64,000 nt of DNA, taken from contig DIRQ01000032.1 in the NCBI GenBank assembly GCA_002424365.1, forward strand, positions 80,245-144,244. The letters run 5' to 3'. The DNA is from Syntrophomonas sp. UBA5432. Lineage in GTDB: Bacteria > Bacillota > Syntrophomonadia > Syntrophomonadales > Syntrophomonadaceae. The translations under genes and the position numbers were made by a program. The notes under the pieces were generated by a model. The model did no database searches. It saw only the letters and a list, made by a program, of their open reading frames with translations, and had not been told where the DNA came from. Shown piece by piece: positions 9,918 to 18,830 of the stretch (position 1 is the first letter of the stretch; the number at the start of each line of letters is the position of its first letter).

Positions 9918-10686
9918 TTTCCGGGGTAAAAACGGACAAGCGATAAACCCTGCGCATCAACGAGTTAGGCGGTTGATTAAGCTGCTCTTTCATATTCAAA
10001 AAAAGAGAAGAAACATTTTCAGGCTGTTTTACCCCGCCGTGAGCCATGAGTATGGTGGAAGAGTTGAGGGTCGCCAGTTTATCGTATGAATTCTCCATGT
10101 GAGTGGGAAACAGTACCGGTAAGGGAAGCAGCATTTTCCCTTTTACATCACAGATTATATCGCCGATATACAGCAACGCTTCCTGCTGGTGATAAAGGAC
10201 GATGTCATGCAAGGTATGTCCTGGTGTGTGCAATACGGCCCAATCTTCAAAGAAAGGAAGGACCTGCAAGTCATTAAGGAGAATGTCGGGGTGGATAATG
10301 GGGTTAAAACGCAACCGCTCCCGGTTGCGTTTATTAGTCCTGGCTACGCCCAAGGCCATATAGCAGTCCAATTTATGTTGTAGTAAACCTCCCAACCCCG
10401 AGTACCAGCGATCTACATCCTTATGGGCAGCGATGGTTGTACCGTATTTGCTTCGTAAAGTAGCGGCACCCCCGGCATGATCAGGATGCATATGGGATAC
10501 AACTGCCAGCTTGATATCACTCACAGGGCGGTTAACAACGTGTCTACAATAGTCTTCAATGCGTTTAACGTCATTAAAACAGCCACTGTCGAGGAGTAGT
10601 ATACGGTTATCATATTCAACTAAATATATACTTGATATGTACCCTTCAATTATATGAATGGTAAATGATGAAAAATTCATCTTCAT
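9898..10686 (-). CDS. MBL-fold metallo-hydrolase
   Basis: 262 aa. HxHxDH motif (SHMHPDHAGG). Confidence 0.8.
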   Translation of the reverse strand: MKMNFSSFTIHIIEGYISSIYLVEYDNRILLLDSGCFNDVKRIEDYCRHVVNRPVSDIKLAVVSHMHPDHAGGAATLRSKYGTTIAAHKDVDRWYSGLGGLLQHKLDCYMALGVARTNKRNRERLRFNPIIHPDILLNDLQVLPFFEDWAVLHTPGHTLHDIVLYHQQEALLYIGDIICDVKGKMLLPLPVLFPTHMENSYDKLATLNSSTILMAHGGVKQPENVSSLFLNMKEQLNQPPNSLMRRVYRLSVFTPEIKRQGM

Positions 10687-10802
10687 AGATGAATTAACCC
10701 CCTATCCGGTTTCAGCACTTTAAGTTAAAGGGGAACTGCTTACCGGACTACTTTATATTTATATAGTATATGTTTAAATAATACCTGGCGAATAGCAGGG
10801 AA

Positions 10803-10888
10803 TTATCCTAACCCCTTACTCTAACCATTAACCAAGGTCTGAATTCGAAGTTATTTGCAAGACAACTTCGTTATCAGTGCCTATTGTC
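10803..10888 (-). repeat. intergenic repeat module 1 (reverse orientation)
   Basis: Plus strand reads TATCCTAACCCCTTACTCTAACC...GAATTCGAAGTTATTTGCAAGACAACTTCGTTATCAGTGCCTATTGTC. The reverse complement matches the family consensus. Confidence 0.8.
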
Positions 10889-10891
10889 TAA

Positions 10892-11860
10892 TTAAACTTC
10901 GGCTACAATTTTCCCAGTTTCACTTAAATCATAATCGCCTAATCCCTCTAATTCGGCCTTAAAAGCTGGCGAGGTAAGGACTTCCAGTACCAGCTGAAAG
11001 GGAGGCCGATTAATATCTTCCTTTTTAATTACTAGTTCATATCTTTCCCGACGTAAAGGGATAAAATCAACATCTCGTACCTGCATGGAGGCTTTTTCAC
11101 TGCCTACACCAACATCTACGATTCTGCGGGAGACAGCACTGGCAACTGCAAGGGAGGAAAACTCCAGGTTTTCATAGCCCGTAACCAACTGGTGGTTAAT
11201 TCCCAGGACACGAAACTGCTCATCGATAAGCACCCTGGTTCCGGATCCGGCTTCACGGTTAACGAAACGAATATCAGGCCGTATTAAGTCTTCCCACTTT
11301 TGTATGTTTTTCGGGTTTCCCCGGGCTACATAAAACCCCTGCATACGATAGCCTAAGTGGATAACGATAGCTGGAATACCAGGTAACAGGCGGCGAACAT
11401 AGGGTATATTATAGGAATCACTGTCACTGTCCCAAAGATGAATAGCTACCAGGTCCGCTCTATCCTGATAAAGTGCTAGCAGTCCGGCAAAGCTACCCAG
11501 GTTTTGTCGATAGGCCCGCACCCCTGTAGGGTGATGTTCCAGGTGACGACCAAGTATATCCAGGGAAAGATCTTGTCCGCAGATAATTAATCCGGGAGCT
11601 CGATTGGTAGTTTCAACAGCTAATAACGGTGATTCCATTAGAGAAACCGGGGTAGTGGCCAAATGTTCATTGGGAGCAGGCTCATTCCCTTTACCTTTGT
11701 TGATATAATCTTGCAAATCCTGGCGGTCAATTCTAATTTTTTTACCAACCCGGTAAGCTGGAAGCTCGTCCCGTTTTACCATTTCGTAGACGGTATACTT
11801 GCTTATTTTAAGTATTTCAGCGACTTCTGCTGGGGTAAGTGGATTACTTTCTTTAGGCAT
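10892..11860 (-). CDS. transcriptional regulator: excisionase-type HTH fused to a periplasmic-binding-protein-like (molybdate-binding-like) domain
   Basis: 322 aa. The N-terminus LTPAEVAEILKISKYTVYEMVKRDELPAYRVGKKIRI is an excisionase/MerR-type HTH. The rest has a PBP-like fold pattern. Divergent from modABC. Confidence 0.65.
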   Translation of the reverse strand: MPKESNPLTPAEVAEILKISKYTVYEMVKRDELPAYRVGKKIRIDRQDLQDYINKGKGNEPAPNEHLATTPVSLMESPLLAVETTNRAPGLIICGQDLSLDILGRHLEHHPTGVRAYRQNLGSFAGLLALYQDRADLVAIHLWDSDSDSYNIPYVRRLLPGIPAIVIHLGYRMQGFYVARGNPKNIQKWEDLIRPDIRFVNREAGSGTRVLIDEQFRVLGINHQLVTGYENLEFSSLAVASAVSRRIVDVGVGSEKASMQVRDVDFIPLRRERYELVIKKEDINRPPFQLVLEVLTSPAFKAELEGLGDYDLSETGKIVAEV

Positions 11861-11929
11861 GAGCGACCTCCTTTTCTTTACTTAAAAAACAGACATTAAA
11901 CTAAATATATTCTAGGGATAAACTTGGTC

Positions 11930-11948
11930 TATATATACGTTTATATAT
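11930..11948. promoter_or_regulatory. candidate operator palindrome in the regulator-modA divergent region
   Basis: TATATATA-CGTT-TATATAT, a 7-bp inverted repeat ATATATA/TATATAT with a 4-nt spacer, located 70 nt upstream of the regulator start codon. Confidence 0.3.
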
Positions 11949-12305
11949 GATTTAGGTTTTGCTAACATAATTGAACGAATACTTACTAAGTTACATTTTA
12001 AAAGCATTTTATTTATGTAATCGTTTTGATGTTATGTTATATTATGTTTAGTTATATTTAATTGAAAGCTGTTTATATCGGTCGAATAATTTAGTTTAGT
12101 CGAGTTTATTTTATATAAATGAAGTTACTATTGTTAATTATCCTTAATTGTAAATCAGATGGCAATAAAATGCTATTCCTACCCTAAAGTTTAGACCGTT
12201 TAAGGGCTATTAAAGATTATAAGAAGTTGATGAAAGGAGGGTTTATAAAGAACCGGATTTTACAAGGAAAGTAAGATTTTAAACTATATTGAGGAGGAAG
12301 AGGAG

Positions 12306-13124
12306 ATGCGTAATTTTACATCCAGGAAATGGTTGATTGCTGGCCTTATTATGGTATTTCTGGCCGTTGCTCTAGTAGGCTGTGGTAACCAGGACGCTGA
12401 TACATCTAAGGAACCTGAACAACAGCAAAGCACTGAGCCGGTAAATCTATTAGTATCAGCTGCTGCCAGCTTGACTGATGCGATGGCTGATATTGAGAAG
12501 GCGTATCAGGAAGAACACTCGAATGTAAGCTTTGATTTTAACCTGAGCTCTTCTGGTTCTTTGCAGGAGCAGATTGCAAACGGAGCTCCGGCTGATGTAT
12601 TTATCTCTGCTGCCAAGGGTAAAATGGATGCTTTAGACGAAAAAGATTTAATTGTAAAAGAGACTCGTAAAGACATAGTTAAAAACACTCTAGTTTTGGT
12701 CGTAGCCAAGGATAATGATTTTATTAAAAACTTTGAGGATTTGGAAAAAGCCAAAACCATTGCTATGGGTGAACCAGAATCAGTCCCGGCAGGTAAATAT
12801 GCTTCTGAGACCTTGACCAGTCTTAATTTATTGGACAAAGTACAAAGTAAACTGGTTTATGCCAAGGATGTGCGCCAGGTATTGGCTTACGTGGAAAGTG
12901 GCGATGCCGAAGCTGGTTTAGTGTATCAGACTGATGCTAACATATCGGACAAGGTTAAAGTGGCGGCAGTAGCCGATGCCAGTCTGCATTCCTCCCTGGT
13001 TTATCCGGTAGCAGTAGTCAAGGATAGTAAAAACCAGGAAGAAGCCAAAGCTTTTGTAGATTTCTTAAGTAGTGATAAAGCAGCAGCTGTCTTCGAGAAA
13101 TATGGCTTTACTATGGTAAAATAG
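12306..13124 (+). CDS. modA: molybdate ABC transporter substrate-binding lipoprotein
   Basis: 272 aa. Lipobox LVGC. ModA pattern (SAAASL...SGSL..QI..GAP.DVF.SA...P.GKYA). Confidence 0.9.
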   Translation: MRNFTSRKWLIAGLIMVFLAVALVGCGNQDADTSKEPEQQQSTEPVNLLVSAAASLTDAMADIEKAYQEEHSNVSFDFNLSSSGSLQEQIANGAPADVFISAAKGKMDALDEKDLIVKETRKDIVKNTLVLVVAKDNDFIKNFEDLEKAKTIAMGEPESVPAGKYASETLTSLNLLDKVQSKLVYAKDVRQVLAYVESGDAEAGLVYQTDANISDKVKVAAVADASLHSSLVYPVAVVKDSKNQEEAKAFVDFLSSDKAAAVFEKYGFTMVK

Positions 13125-13228
13125 GCAAACCTACACCCGGTATCCAGTCAAGATGCGACTGAGTACCGGGTAATTGTTGTTAGCCCTCTGGATAGAGGGA
13201 GGAGAATTTAAGGAAACAGGTAAAAATA

Positions 13229-13933
13229 ATGGCAGTTATGGATCTTAATCCACTTTGGATATCATTAAAAACAGCATTGGTAGCAACCGCCATCACTTTT
13301 ATCCTGGGTATTATAGTAGCCCGCTGGATGGCGGGGCGTGAATTCAAGGGCAAAAGCCTATTAGATGGAATATTTATTCTACCTCTAGTTCTACCACCTA
13401 CGGTAGTAGGTTTTATCTTGTTGTGGATTCTGGGAAGAAACGGCTGGTTGGGGTCATTCTTCTTTGAAATAGGGCGACCGGTAGTTTTCTCCTGGTCGGC
13501 AACAGTTATTGCTGCTGCCGTAGTATCGTTTCCCTTAATGTACCAGACCGCCCGCGGAGCTTTTGAACAGATTGATGCTAATATCGAGGATGCTGCCCGT
13601 ACTCTGGGGGCTTCAGAGGGGACTGTTTTCTGGCGGATTACTATACCTATGGCCTGGCCGGGGATAGCAGCGGGTACTATTTTGGCCTTTGCCCGTTCCC
13701 TGGGGGAATTCGGAGCTACCCTGATGCTGGCTGGAAATATTCCGGGCCGAACCCAGACTATACCAGTAGCTATATATTTTCTGGTAGAGGGCGGAAAGCA
13801 GCAGCAAGCCTTAATTTGGGTAATGGTGATTTTATTAATTTCTTTTGCCAGCATAGTAGCTTTAAACTACTGGAAAAAATATCAACGCCGCTTTAGCAGT
13901 CGCTTGGTCAGGGAGGTGACTGCTGATTCTTAG
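13229..13933 (+). CDS. modB: molybdate ABC transporter permease
   Basis: 234 aa polytopic membrane protein with an EAA-loop region (EDAARTLGASEG..F..I). Confidence 0.9.
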   Translation: MAVMDLNPLWISLKTALVATAITFILGIIVARWMAGREFKGKSLLDGIFILPLVLPPTVVGFILLWILGRNGWLGSFFFEIGRPVVFSWSATVIAAAVVSFPLMYQTARGAFEQIDANIEDAARTLGASEGTVFWRITIPMAWPGIAAGTILAFARSLGEFGATLMLAGNIPGRTQTIPVAIYFLVEGGKQQQALIWVMVILLISFASIVALNYWKKYQRRFSSRLVREVTADS

Positions 13934-14987
13934 CATAGATATTAAGAAATCCCTGCCCGAATTTAAATTGGAGGTGAACTTTACGGTTGGCCAGGAAATA
14001 ATGGCTATTTTAGGTCCCTCCGGTTGTGGCAAAACTATGACATTAAAGTGTATAGCTGGTCTAATGACTCCTAACCAGGGCAGCATTATTTTAGACAAAC
14101 AGGTTTTATATGATAGCCAGCAACGAATTAACTTGCCGGCTCGTGAACGTAAGATTGGCTTCCTTTTCCAAAATTATGCCCTGTTTCCCCACCTGACCGT
14201 TCATGAAAATATAGCCTTTGGGATAAGACAGTTACCGGTTGCCCAAAGAAATGAACGGGTACAGCAACTGTTAGGTAAGATGAGGTTGGACCGTTTCGGG
14301 CATCGATACCCGGTGGAGTTATCCGGGGGGCAGCAACAGAGGGTAGCTTTGGCCCGCGCCATGGCGCCGGAACCGGAAGTATTGCTACTGGACGAGCCTT
14401 TTTCCGCCCTCGATACCCAGGTAAAGGAACAGCTGGAAGCAGAGCTATTGGAAATACAGTCTGATTTCCAGGGACATGTGCTTTTTGTTACCCATAACTT
14501 GGCGGAAGCCTATCGTTTAAGTAGTAAAATGGCAGTTTATGAAACTGGTGGTTTGCTACAGTGGGGTGAGCGCCAAACTATTATCGAGCGCCCGGTCAAT
14601 GAAAAAGTAGCCCGTCTAACCGGAATGGAAAACATATTTGATGGTATAGTAAGCGGAATTGAAGGCTCCAGGGTGGATATCCGCTTGGGGACAGGTTATT
14701 TAAGTTTGTACCCCGATAATCTTAATCGATTGGTGGTTAACCAGGAAATATCTATAGCTATACGCCCGGAATACGTCAAATTGGCTGATAGCCAAGATAA
14801 GAACTGCCTTACCGCAGAGCTCATTGATGGCAAGGAGGAACTTTCATTTTATAGCTATACCTTCCAATTCCAGGAGGGAACAAATATTAAAGTACACATT
14901 TCTAAAAGTGCAGGACCAGGACTGGAAAATGGTAATACCTATCGTCTTTATTTGCCGTCGGAAAACCTGGTTATACTCGGAGAGTAG
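13923..14987 (+). CDS. modC: molybdate ABC transporter ATP-binding protein with C-terminal TOBE domain (start codon non-canonical, position uncertain)
   Basis: Walker A GPSGCGKT, signature LSGGQQQR, Walker B LLLDEP. The ORF-track TTG (13968) would delete the first beta strand. The frame is open back to TGA 13917-13919 and offers only CTG (13920, 13923) or ATT (13926), after GGAGG at 13912-13916. Confidence 0.85.
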   Translation: MILSIDIKKSLPEFKLEVNFTVGQEIMAILGPSGCGKTMTLKCIAGLMTPNQGSIILDKQVLYDSQQRINLPARERKIGFLFQNYALFPHLTVHENIAFGIRQLPVAQRNERVQQLLGKMRLDRFGHRYPVELSGGQQQRVALARAMAPEPEVLLLDEPFSALDTQVKEQLEAELLEIQSDFQGHVLFVTHNLAEAYRLSSKMAVYETGGLLQWGERQTIIERPVNEKVARLTGMENIFDGIVSGIEGSRVDIRLGTGYLSLYPDNLNRLVVNQEISIAIRPEYVKLADSQDKNCLTAELIDGKEELSFYSYTFQFQEGTNIKVHISKSAGPGLENGNTYRLYLPSENLVILGE

Positions 14988-15035
14988 GTGTGTAAGCAGG
15001 GTGTAACTAACCGACCATTCTTTTATATACTCTGC

Positions 15036-15860
15036 TTACTCCCTACTTTTTCTAAAGAAGGAGAGGGTGGCATTAATTTCTCCACCAATTAGAATTACCA
15101 TACTGCTTAAATAGAGCCAGAGAAGCAGAATTATAATGCCGCCAATACTGCCATAGGTTCGGGTGAAGTTAGCAAACTGGTTAATATAGAATGAAAAGGC
15201 CCAGGAGGTTACTACCCAACCTAGACTCGAGAAAACTGCTCCCGGTATAGTTTCCCGAAAACGGATTTTTTTATTGGGAGCATAACGATAAAAAAACATA
15301 AACACCACCAGCATTACCGCTAGCGGCAGCAGGAAACGATAAAGCTGCCAGCTCTTCATAAAAAGCTCACTATACCCCAGGTAGGTAACCAGGGTCTGCC
15401 CCAGCAACTTGCCCAAGACCAGGAGTACAAAAGCCAGGATTATTACCAGGGCCAGGCCGATGGTGAAAATAATGGACATACCCCGTACCTTCCAGAACGG
15501 CCGGGTTTCGCTCTCATCATAAGCCTTATTAATACCGCGGATAACAGCATTGATGCCGTTGGAAGAGGCCCAGATGGTAAAAAGTGCGCCCAGCGATAAA
15601 AGGGTCTGGCGACTGGAGCTTAGCGTTTGGCGTAGCACCTCTATAACCACCTTATATGCATCAGCAGGTAGAAAACGGGATAGATTATTTAAGGCCTCTT
15701 CGCTGGTAATAGGAGTATAACTTAAAAGGGTCAAGAGGAAGATAAGGAAAGGGAAAAAAGCCAGGATCAGGTAATAGGTTAGCTGAGCTCCCAGGGCTGG
15801 AACCTCGTGCTCCTGGAACCTTTGGTAGAAGTCTTTTAGCATTTCATAGCCTTTTATCAT
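15036..15860 (-). CDS. YihY/BrkB-family membrane protein
   Basis: 274 aa polytopic protein with the typical YihY pattern (AQLTYY..LA.FP....L). Confidence 0.8.
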   Translation of the reverse strand: MIKGYEMLKDFYQRFQEHEVPALGAQLTYYLILAFFPFLIFLLTLLSYTPITSEEALNNLSRFLPADAYKVVIEVLRQTLSSSRQTLLSLGALFTIWASSNGINAVIRGINKAYDESETRPFWKVRGMSIIFTIGLALVIILAFVLLVLGKLLGQTLVTYLGYSELFMKSWQLYRFLLPLAVMLVVFMFFYRYAPNKKIRFRETIPGAVFSSLGWVVTSWAFSFYINQFANFTRTYGSIGGIIILLLWLYLSSMVILIGGEINATLSFFRKSRE

Positions 15861-15988
15861 CTATACCTCCACTACGCTGGTCCTAAATAAGCCTTTCTAA
15901 AGGGAGTAATCACCTACCTCCCCCGTTATTCGCTAATTACCTCAATATTTCCCTTTTTTACCGCAACACATGAGTCTGCCCCTGCAAT

Positions 15989-16040
15989 CCTTACGCCTAA
16001 CCCTAAACTCCTTACCCCTCACTCTAAACAACTATCAAGC
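15989..16040 (-). repeat. partial intergenic repeat module 1 (reverse orientation, C-rich end only)
   Basis: CCTTACGCCTAACCCTAAACTCCTTACCCCTCACTCTAAACAACTATCAAGC. Confidence 0.6.
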
Positions 16041-16216
16041 TTAGGAAATAACACCATTTGCTATCTTGATGCTATTTTCCATATTAGTCTTGTATTAGAT
16101 TTACTACAATTTCAAATACTTATGTATATAACAATTTTTCCAAGTTCAGCCTGTATTAAATATTAAAAAATATAGTATATAATCTATATATATGCCGAAA
16201 GGAGTTGAGGAAAAAG

Positions 16217-16435
16217 ATGGGGAATGCCAAAATATTTATTAGAGAGAGACGCAAAGTCTCCGAAGGTGAGAAAAAGCCACGTTACTCTGTAGTTGGTGTA
16301 GCAGGAACTGATTTAAAAATTCACGTCAAACATATTAGAAAGGCAGAGATTGATCAAATCGCCGCTGCCTTGGGAGCAGAAATTGTCTTCCTGACTGCCG
16401 GCAAGGATGAAGCTGAAGTCGAGGTTGATGACTAG
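16217..16435 (+). CDS. small hypothetical protein (basic N-terminus, acidic C-terminus), first gene of a two-gene operon
   Basis: 72 aa from the ATG at 16217. Stop lies 16 nt before the next gene. No family recognised. Confidence 0.5.
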   Translation: MGNAKIFIRERRKVSEGEKKPRYSVVGVAGTDLKIHVKHIRKAEIDQIAAALGAEIVFLTAGKDEAEVEVDD

Positions 16436-16451
16436 AAAGGCAGGTTCGTAA

Positions 16452-17288
16452 GTGATGGCTCTTATTCGCGAGAGAGACAGCAAGCGCCTGCACATAAAAA
16501 GCAAACTTATGGGCGAATCCCTGGTAGGCAAAAGCTTTATCCAAAGCCTGGAATATGGAGAGCAGTTTCGGGCCTTGCCAGATGTTAACGTACTTAAAAT
16601 TGGAGGCCAGAGTATTACTGATTTGGGTGCCACTGCTGTACTGCCGGTACTGCAAGAAATCGTTGATAACGCTGACCAGCATAAAACGATTATTTCTACC
16701 GGCGGAGGAACCCGTTCCCGCCACGTATATGCTATAGCTATGGAATTAGGTATGCCCACCGGAGTGATATCCAAACTTGGCCAGAGTGTATCCGAACAAA
16801 ACGCCCTTATGATATCAACTCTACTTATGCCCCATGGAGGTATCAAAGTAGGACACGATGATATACCCAAACTGGCAGCCTATTTTAACCAGGGTTGTAT
16901 CCCGGTCATTCATGGTATGCCACCGTATGGTTATTGGGAGCACTTGCCTCGGGAAGGGCGACTGCCTCCCAATCGTACCGATATGGGAGCTTATCTCCTG
17001 GCTGAAGTAATCGGGGCTAAACATTGTATATTTGTTAAAGATGAAGATGGCCTGTACACGGATAATCCCAAGGTTAACCCAGAGGCTGAATTCATTCCCC
17101 GTATAGGTGCCGGCGAACTTATCGAAAAAGACCTGGATGACCTGATAATAGAGCGTACGGTGCTGGATATGATTATCCGTTCTCATAATGTGAATGAGGT
17201 ACAGATAATAAACGGTCTTAAACCAGGTAATATTACTCGTGCTCTGAATGGAGAACACGTGGGAACCATAATATTTAAGGATGCTTAA
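16452..17288 (+). CDS. amino-acid-kinase-fold protein, molybdenum storage protein (MosA/MosB)-like
   Basis: 278 aa. KIGGQSI nucleotide-binding start, GGGTRSRH, PPNRTDMGAYLLAE, FVKDEDGLYTDNP, GEHVGTII. The pattern is as I recall for Azotobacter Mos subunits (from memory, not searched). Uridylate-kinase superfamily. Confidence 0.55.
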   Translation: MMALIRERDSKRLHIKSKLMGESLVGKSFIQSLEYGEQFRALPDVNVLKIGGQSITDLGATAVLPVLQEIVDNADQHKTIISTGGGTRSRHVYAIAMELGMPTGVISKLGQSVSEQNALMISTLLMPHGGIKVGHDDIPKLAAYFNQGCIPVIHGMPPYGYWEHLPREGRLPPNRTDMGAYLLAEVIGAKHCIFVKDEDGLYTDNPKVNPEAEFIPRIGAGELIEKDLDDLIIERTVLDMIIRSHNVNEVQIINGLKPGNITRALNGEHVGTIIFKDA

Positions 17289-17293
17289 TTGTG

Positions 17294-17465
17294 GAAATAG
17301 CGTTGATAACAAAGTTGTTTTGCAAATAACTTAGCAATGTAGAACTTGATGGAATTGTCTAGAGTGAGGAGTTACGGGTGAGGATACTTTTTTACTCTGC
17401 TGTCCTTGCTCCTCCTCGTCTATGACAATTGTAGATAGGTTGTTATTTGCGTTTGACTTGGCAGA
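17294..17465. repeat. palindromic composite of intergenic repeat module 1 (full forward arm plus partial inverted arm)
   Basis: Forward arm is GAAATAGCGTTGATAACAAAGTTGTTTTGCAAATAACTT...TCTAGAGTGAGGAGTTACGGGTGAGGATAC. Inverted arm is ...GCTCCTCCTCGTCTATGACAATTGTAGATAGGTTGTTATTTGCGTTTGACTTGGC. Confidence 0.8.
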
Positions 17466-17484
17466 TATAGGTGATTAATTCTTG

Positions 17485-17516
17485 AAAAAAGAGTCCTGTA
17501 GTAGGGCTCTTTTTTG
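17485..17516 (+). terminator. rho-independent terminator of the 16217-17288 operon
   Basis: AAAAAAGAGTCCT-GTAGT-AGGGCTCTTTTTT. Located downstream of the repeat. Confidence 0.75.
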
Positions 17517-17594
17517 TTTAGCATAGACAGGAATAGCCAATTTGTGGGACAATTAAACTAGTCATAATAATATATTATAGGAGGAGCGAGGCTA

Positions 17595-18593
17595 ATGGTA
17601 GACAAATTTAAGGCTTTAATAGTAACAGAGCAGGCTGATGGGAAGTTTTCCCGGGAAATTGCCAGCAAACAGATTGATGATTTACCTGCAGGAGATGTTT
17701 TGATTAATGTCAAGTATTCCTCCTTGAATTACAAGGATGCGCTCTCCGCTACTGGTAATCGGGGGGTAACTAAAAAGTATCCTCATACCCCGGGAATAGA
17801 TGCTGCCGGGATTGTAGCCGAAAGTTCGGTGGCTGAGTTTGCAGTAGGAGATGAAGTATTTGTAACTGGGTTTGATTTAGGAATGAATACCTCAGGGGGG
17901 TACCAGGAGCACATACGGGTACCTGCTGCCTGGGTAATTAAAAGACTACCTAATTTGAACCTAAAGGAAACTATGGTCTATGGTACCGCTGGACTTACAG
18001 CCATGCTTTCGGTAGCCAGTCTGGTAGATGCCGGGGTGAAAGCAAAGGATGGAGAAGTTTTAGTTACCGGAACTACAGGTGGGGTGGGAAGTTTTGCTGC
18101 CCGCACTCTGGTAAAGCTGGGTTATGAAGTGGTTGGAGTACAGCGTGGACCGGAAGAGGAAACCTTTTTAGACAGCCTGGGTCTAAAACGTATTGTGCCA
18201 GTTGAAGAAGTTGACGATCAGTCCGGAAGACCTCTGGGCAAAGGGCTCTGGGCTGGAGTTATCGATACGGTTGGGGGTAATATCCTGTATACTGCCATTA
18301 AGACTACCCGCTATGGGGGTAGTATAACCTGCTGCGGAAATGCTGCGTCTAATAGTTTACCTGCGACTGTCCTGCCCTTTATTTTACGCGGGATCACCCT
18401 CTATGGCATAGATTCAGTAGAATGCCCCATGGATTATCGTTTGCGGGTCTGGAATAAAATTGCTGGTGACTGGAAACTAGATAATGTAGAAGCACTGGCT
18501 GAGGAATGTTCCCTGGAGGAATTGAATGAGAAAATCGATATGATTCTACAGGGGCAGATACAGGGACGGGTAGTAGTTAACTTATCCCGGTAG
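17595..18593 (+). CDS. YhdH/YhfP-family quinone oxidoreductase (acrylyl-CoA reductase-like MDR)
   Basis: 332 aa. Begins FKALIV.E...GKF. MDR Rossmann motif VTGTTGGVGS. Confidence 0.8.
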   Translation: MVDKFKALIVTEQADGKFSREIASKQIDDLPAGDVLINVKYSSLNYKDALSATGNRGVTKKYPHTPGIDAAGIVAESSVAEFAVGDEVFVTGFDLGMNTSGGYQEHIRVPAAWVIKRLPNLNLKETMVYGTAGLTAMLSVASLVDAGVKAKDGEVLVTGTTGGVGSFAARTLVKLGYEVVGVQRGPEEETFLDSLGLKRIVPVEEVDDQSGRPLGKGLWAGVIDTVGGNILYTAIKTTRYGGSITCCGNAASNSLPATVLPFILRGITLYGIDSVECPMDYRLRVWNKIAGDWKLDNVEALAEECSLEELNEKIDMILQGQIQGRVVVNLSR

Positions 18594-18671
18594 TTTGTAT
18601 TTTAGGGAACAATATTAGGGGCGGTAGGGCCAGACGTTAGTGGTTAATTATCGTCTGGCTCCCAAGTCCTT

Positions 18672-18740
18672 AAACCCAACTTCAATTTTCATCCGTGGTT
18701 GCTTGTGCCCTTCAGGGTATGTCCTATAGCTATGTGGGGT
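18672..18740 (+). repeat. intergenic repeat module 2 (orphan copy)
   Basis: AAACCCAACTTCAATTTTCATCCGTGGTTGCTTGTGCCCTTCAGGGTATGTCCTATAGCTATGTGGGG. Matches 26776-26852 and 31126-31196. Confidence 0.7.
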
Positions 18741-18830
18741 TAATGAGAAATAAAAAAATGCCCCGTTATTTTTGAAAAGCCTATAGTTTTTTGCTGATCT
18801 TATTTTTGCCTCGGGGAAAGAAAGGATATT

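Noticed and set aside
11861-12305. Molybdenum-cofactor (Moco) riboswitch expected upstream of modA.
   Set aside because: The region is extremely AT-rich. It has no GC-rich multi-stem structure and none of the conserved Moco motif segments that I can recognise.
13180-13854. 224-aa ORF on the minus strand.
   Set aside because: It is entirely antisense to modB, which has clear permease homology. This is a typical long shadow ORF with an Ala/Pro/Arg/Ile-rich low-complexity translation.
16313-16870. 185-aa and 129-aa ORFs on the minus strand.
   Set aside because: They are antisense to the small-protein/Mos-like operon and have no SD or recognisable family. Shadow ORFs.
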